From Candidatus Hermodarchaeum yapensis (lineage in GTDB: Archaea; Asgardarchaeota; Hermodarchaeia; Hermodarchaeales; Hermodarchaeaceae), in assembly GCA_016840405.1 (NCBI GenBank), contig JAEOSK010000046.1:1-17440 (forward strand): a stretch of 17,440 nucleotides of DNA, written 5' to 3'. The translations under genes were made by a program, and so were the position numbers. Under the pieces are notes generated by a model. It did no database searches, had not been told where the DNA came from, and worked only from the letters and a program-made list of their open reading frames with translations. Every line of letters begins with the position of its first letter. Position 1 is the stretch's first letter. This document shows positions 16,901-17,440 of the stretch, piece after piece.

Positions 16901-17440
16901 ACAGTTTATTTCAACCTCCGAAGGTGAATTCATTTCTTCATTTAGTAAACAACAAGGACTTGTTTACCTTCCTTTGGGCACGAAGGTCACTTTGGAGATA
17001 TTGCAAGGTGCTGTGTCAACCCAAATAGAAAAGTTCGTTGAAGCTGAAGGATGGGTTTACTTTGAAGGCATACTAGACCAAGAAGGGGAAGCCAATTTCT
17101 ATCTTTACATTGATGGTGACGAAAATTATGCTGGTTTTACTCAAGAAGCGATTATTTGGGAAGGAACACCATTGAGAGTGATGGTTCAGTCATTTGGCTC
17201 GTATTTCCTGAGTAATCCCCTCTTTATCATAGCAGCTGTGTGTGTCATAGTCATTCCACTTGGTTCTGGGCTATCTTATCGACGTTACGTCATGCTTCCG
17301 AAACGACGACGCAAACTCGCAAAGTACCAAGCCATCGCCGACACCTTCAGTGATGTCGCCAACCTCAACCGATTACTCGTCCTCCACAAAGAAAGTGGAA
17401 TATGTGTCTTCGATCCCTTCGCCGCAGAAAGCCAGGATGC
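13965..17440 (+). CDS. Large single-pass membrane glycoprotein (at least 1158 aa, 3'-partial): signal peptide, beta-rich/Ig-like ectodomain, TM helix, probable longin-like cytoplasmic domain
   Basis: Hand translation finds no stop from ATG 13965 (SD AAGGTGG) to the window end. N-terminus MKRTKIISLLFLFMITLPVLPIL; about 20 N-x-S/T sequons; TM LFIIAAVCVIVIPLGSGLSY (17220-17279); basic RRYVMLPKRRRKLAK; then DVANLNRLLVLHKESGICVF. Confidence 0.92.
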   Translation, partial: MKRTKIISLLFLFMITLPVLPILPFTGINSDYEIAPNDESLAPYSSTNAFSSPQQEFSLSTSSSSDVLPPEEEPITQPPPDYEQWIGGPRVVQSTWNISQTFTDCDNDTDYSVYIDKGMMYHDTSNFTRVGKIDTTKSNITVEDYNPLDGWYWYWQMDEKEDLGEVVFMAFNVTGQAPLLLSGFAIYLYSPTHPSNPPTGGNVEFTVFGAEYSSISGLGTQPDLSNQVAPWIPDYIDTIPRGEERWVSLSPGMMVVVLDPSMTYANTFYFAITMMPGAAIGWALMEDTGTPPDGDGEDEGDAWYSLTMPNLNFLDDDFFLAAVFNRHPYPSEVGMTVNSTAVVDLWPYPGTGFWDGGWHSPAINMTGVTRYYDVEFLFPAITYDVTWLGWFYENIYANTSFTAWVNNDYVDWNVSFFINYPSGAFDQRLFVSIEDDWTALDVLLDGIPHPDWSVVYSPSTGWWVQINNAQNGQWNVLCESSAYEIHAEVRDSANQIVTDLYALETAYVRGYVQDPGGENATDGNGILFVYGPKGNLQIGLINPLPMPPGGLVEIPWDIWTPPGIGGIYTLNVLWTNGTEAGLNVTTLGVWHTTQSLIIGEQYPEPGGELLRGERAEVTFFYHDLFGFGIDRATITVINETSGFEWEGYDFANHAGIGLPGLYTVYIFTDGINFGLHNVTIHIIQNYYDEQTYNKVFTIKSRTTHIEFLNGLVFDNSSGLWDWEPNPQPLINTSTSEFTILYKDDNGFPLAGAQLTPWLLKDENATRLDWIDLHFEDLGEAGLYNITIDTNPVEGNIFHEGNVGIIIIYAYKIGYEGVWSFDPGEPGLIGVLPQPRPTWIDVPLEYQHIELYEDWLYPTPQHPNILRVVLRDTLSGEDLSHGTVVLDVPGSGYVPLNLATPGLGLYEITALNTTGATPGTYDFTIRATATDFANSTTTVRITIYPKQVIVYDAVPDFRPAPNHGSSWSLRIQFRLGIVSPQFISTSEGEFISSFSKQQGLVYLPLGTKVTLEILQGAVSTQIEKFVEAEGWVYFEGILDQEGEANFYLYIDGDENYAGFTQEAIIWEGTPLRVMVQSFGSYFLSNPLFIIAAVCVIVIPLGSGLSYRRYVMLPKRRRKLAKYQAIADTFSDVANLNRLLVLHKESGICVFDPFAAESQD

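Noticed and set aside
15139-17028. Short ORFs 15139-15456, 15361-15648, 16381-16581 and 16807-17028
   Set aside because: Off-frame or antisense shadows of the large membrane-protein gene, with no recognisable motifs.
13770-17440. Apparent gene desert, possibly non-coding or recoded DNA
   Set aside because: One + frame is open from 13965 to the end. It is absent from the track only because its stop lies outside the window, and no readthrough or frameshift is needed.
1-17440. tRNA, rRNA, CRISPR arrays, IS elements or inteins
   Set aside because: No cloverleaf, spaced direct repeats, transposase or integrase motifs, or oversize insertions were seen by eye. A covariance-model scan would be needed to exclude small RNAs.

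Overview
Archaeal housekeeping region, most likely from an Asgard lineage. This is inferred from eS26, TrmY, archaetidylinositol-phosphate synthase, a stand-alone ThrRS editing domain, GGAGG/GGTGA ribosome-binding sites and two eukaryote-like proteins. Gene order: two tandem PhoU/TrkA-C genes, AIP synthase, PadR regulator, trmY, rps26e, a small hypothetical gene, ThrRS editing domain, three divergent phosphohexomutase paralogues flanking a helical hypothetical gene, archaeal GlmU, cysS, cofD and an FbiB-C/FbiE-like nitroreductase. Two things stand out. First, the 236-aa hypothetical at 5693-6403 resembles both human CINP and human C1orf109/AIRIM, the two adaptors of the SPATA5/AFG2 55LCC complex, and may be a pre-duplication form. 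Second, the apparently empty last 3.5 kb is one uninterrupted ORF (13965 to beyond 17440) missing from the ORF track. It encodes a receptor-like single-pass membrane protein with a signal peptide, an N-glycosylated Ig-like ectodomain, a TM helix and the start of a longin-like cytoplasmic domain. No RNA genes, CRISPR arrays or mobile elements were recognised. All family assignments come from motif recognition and recalled sequences; no searches were run.
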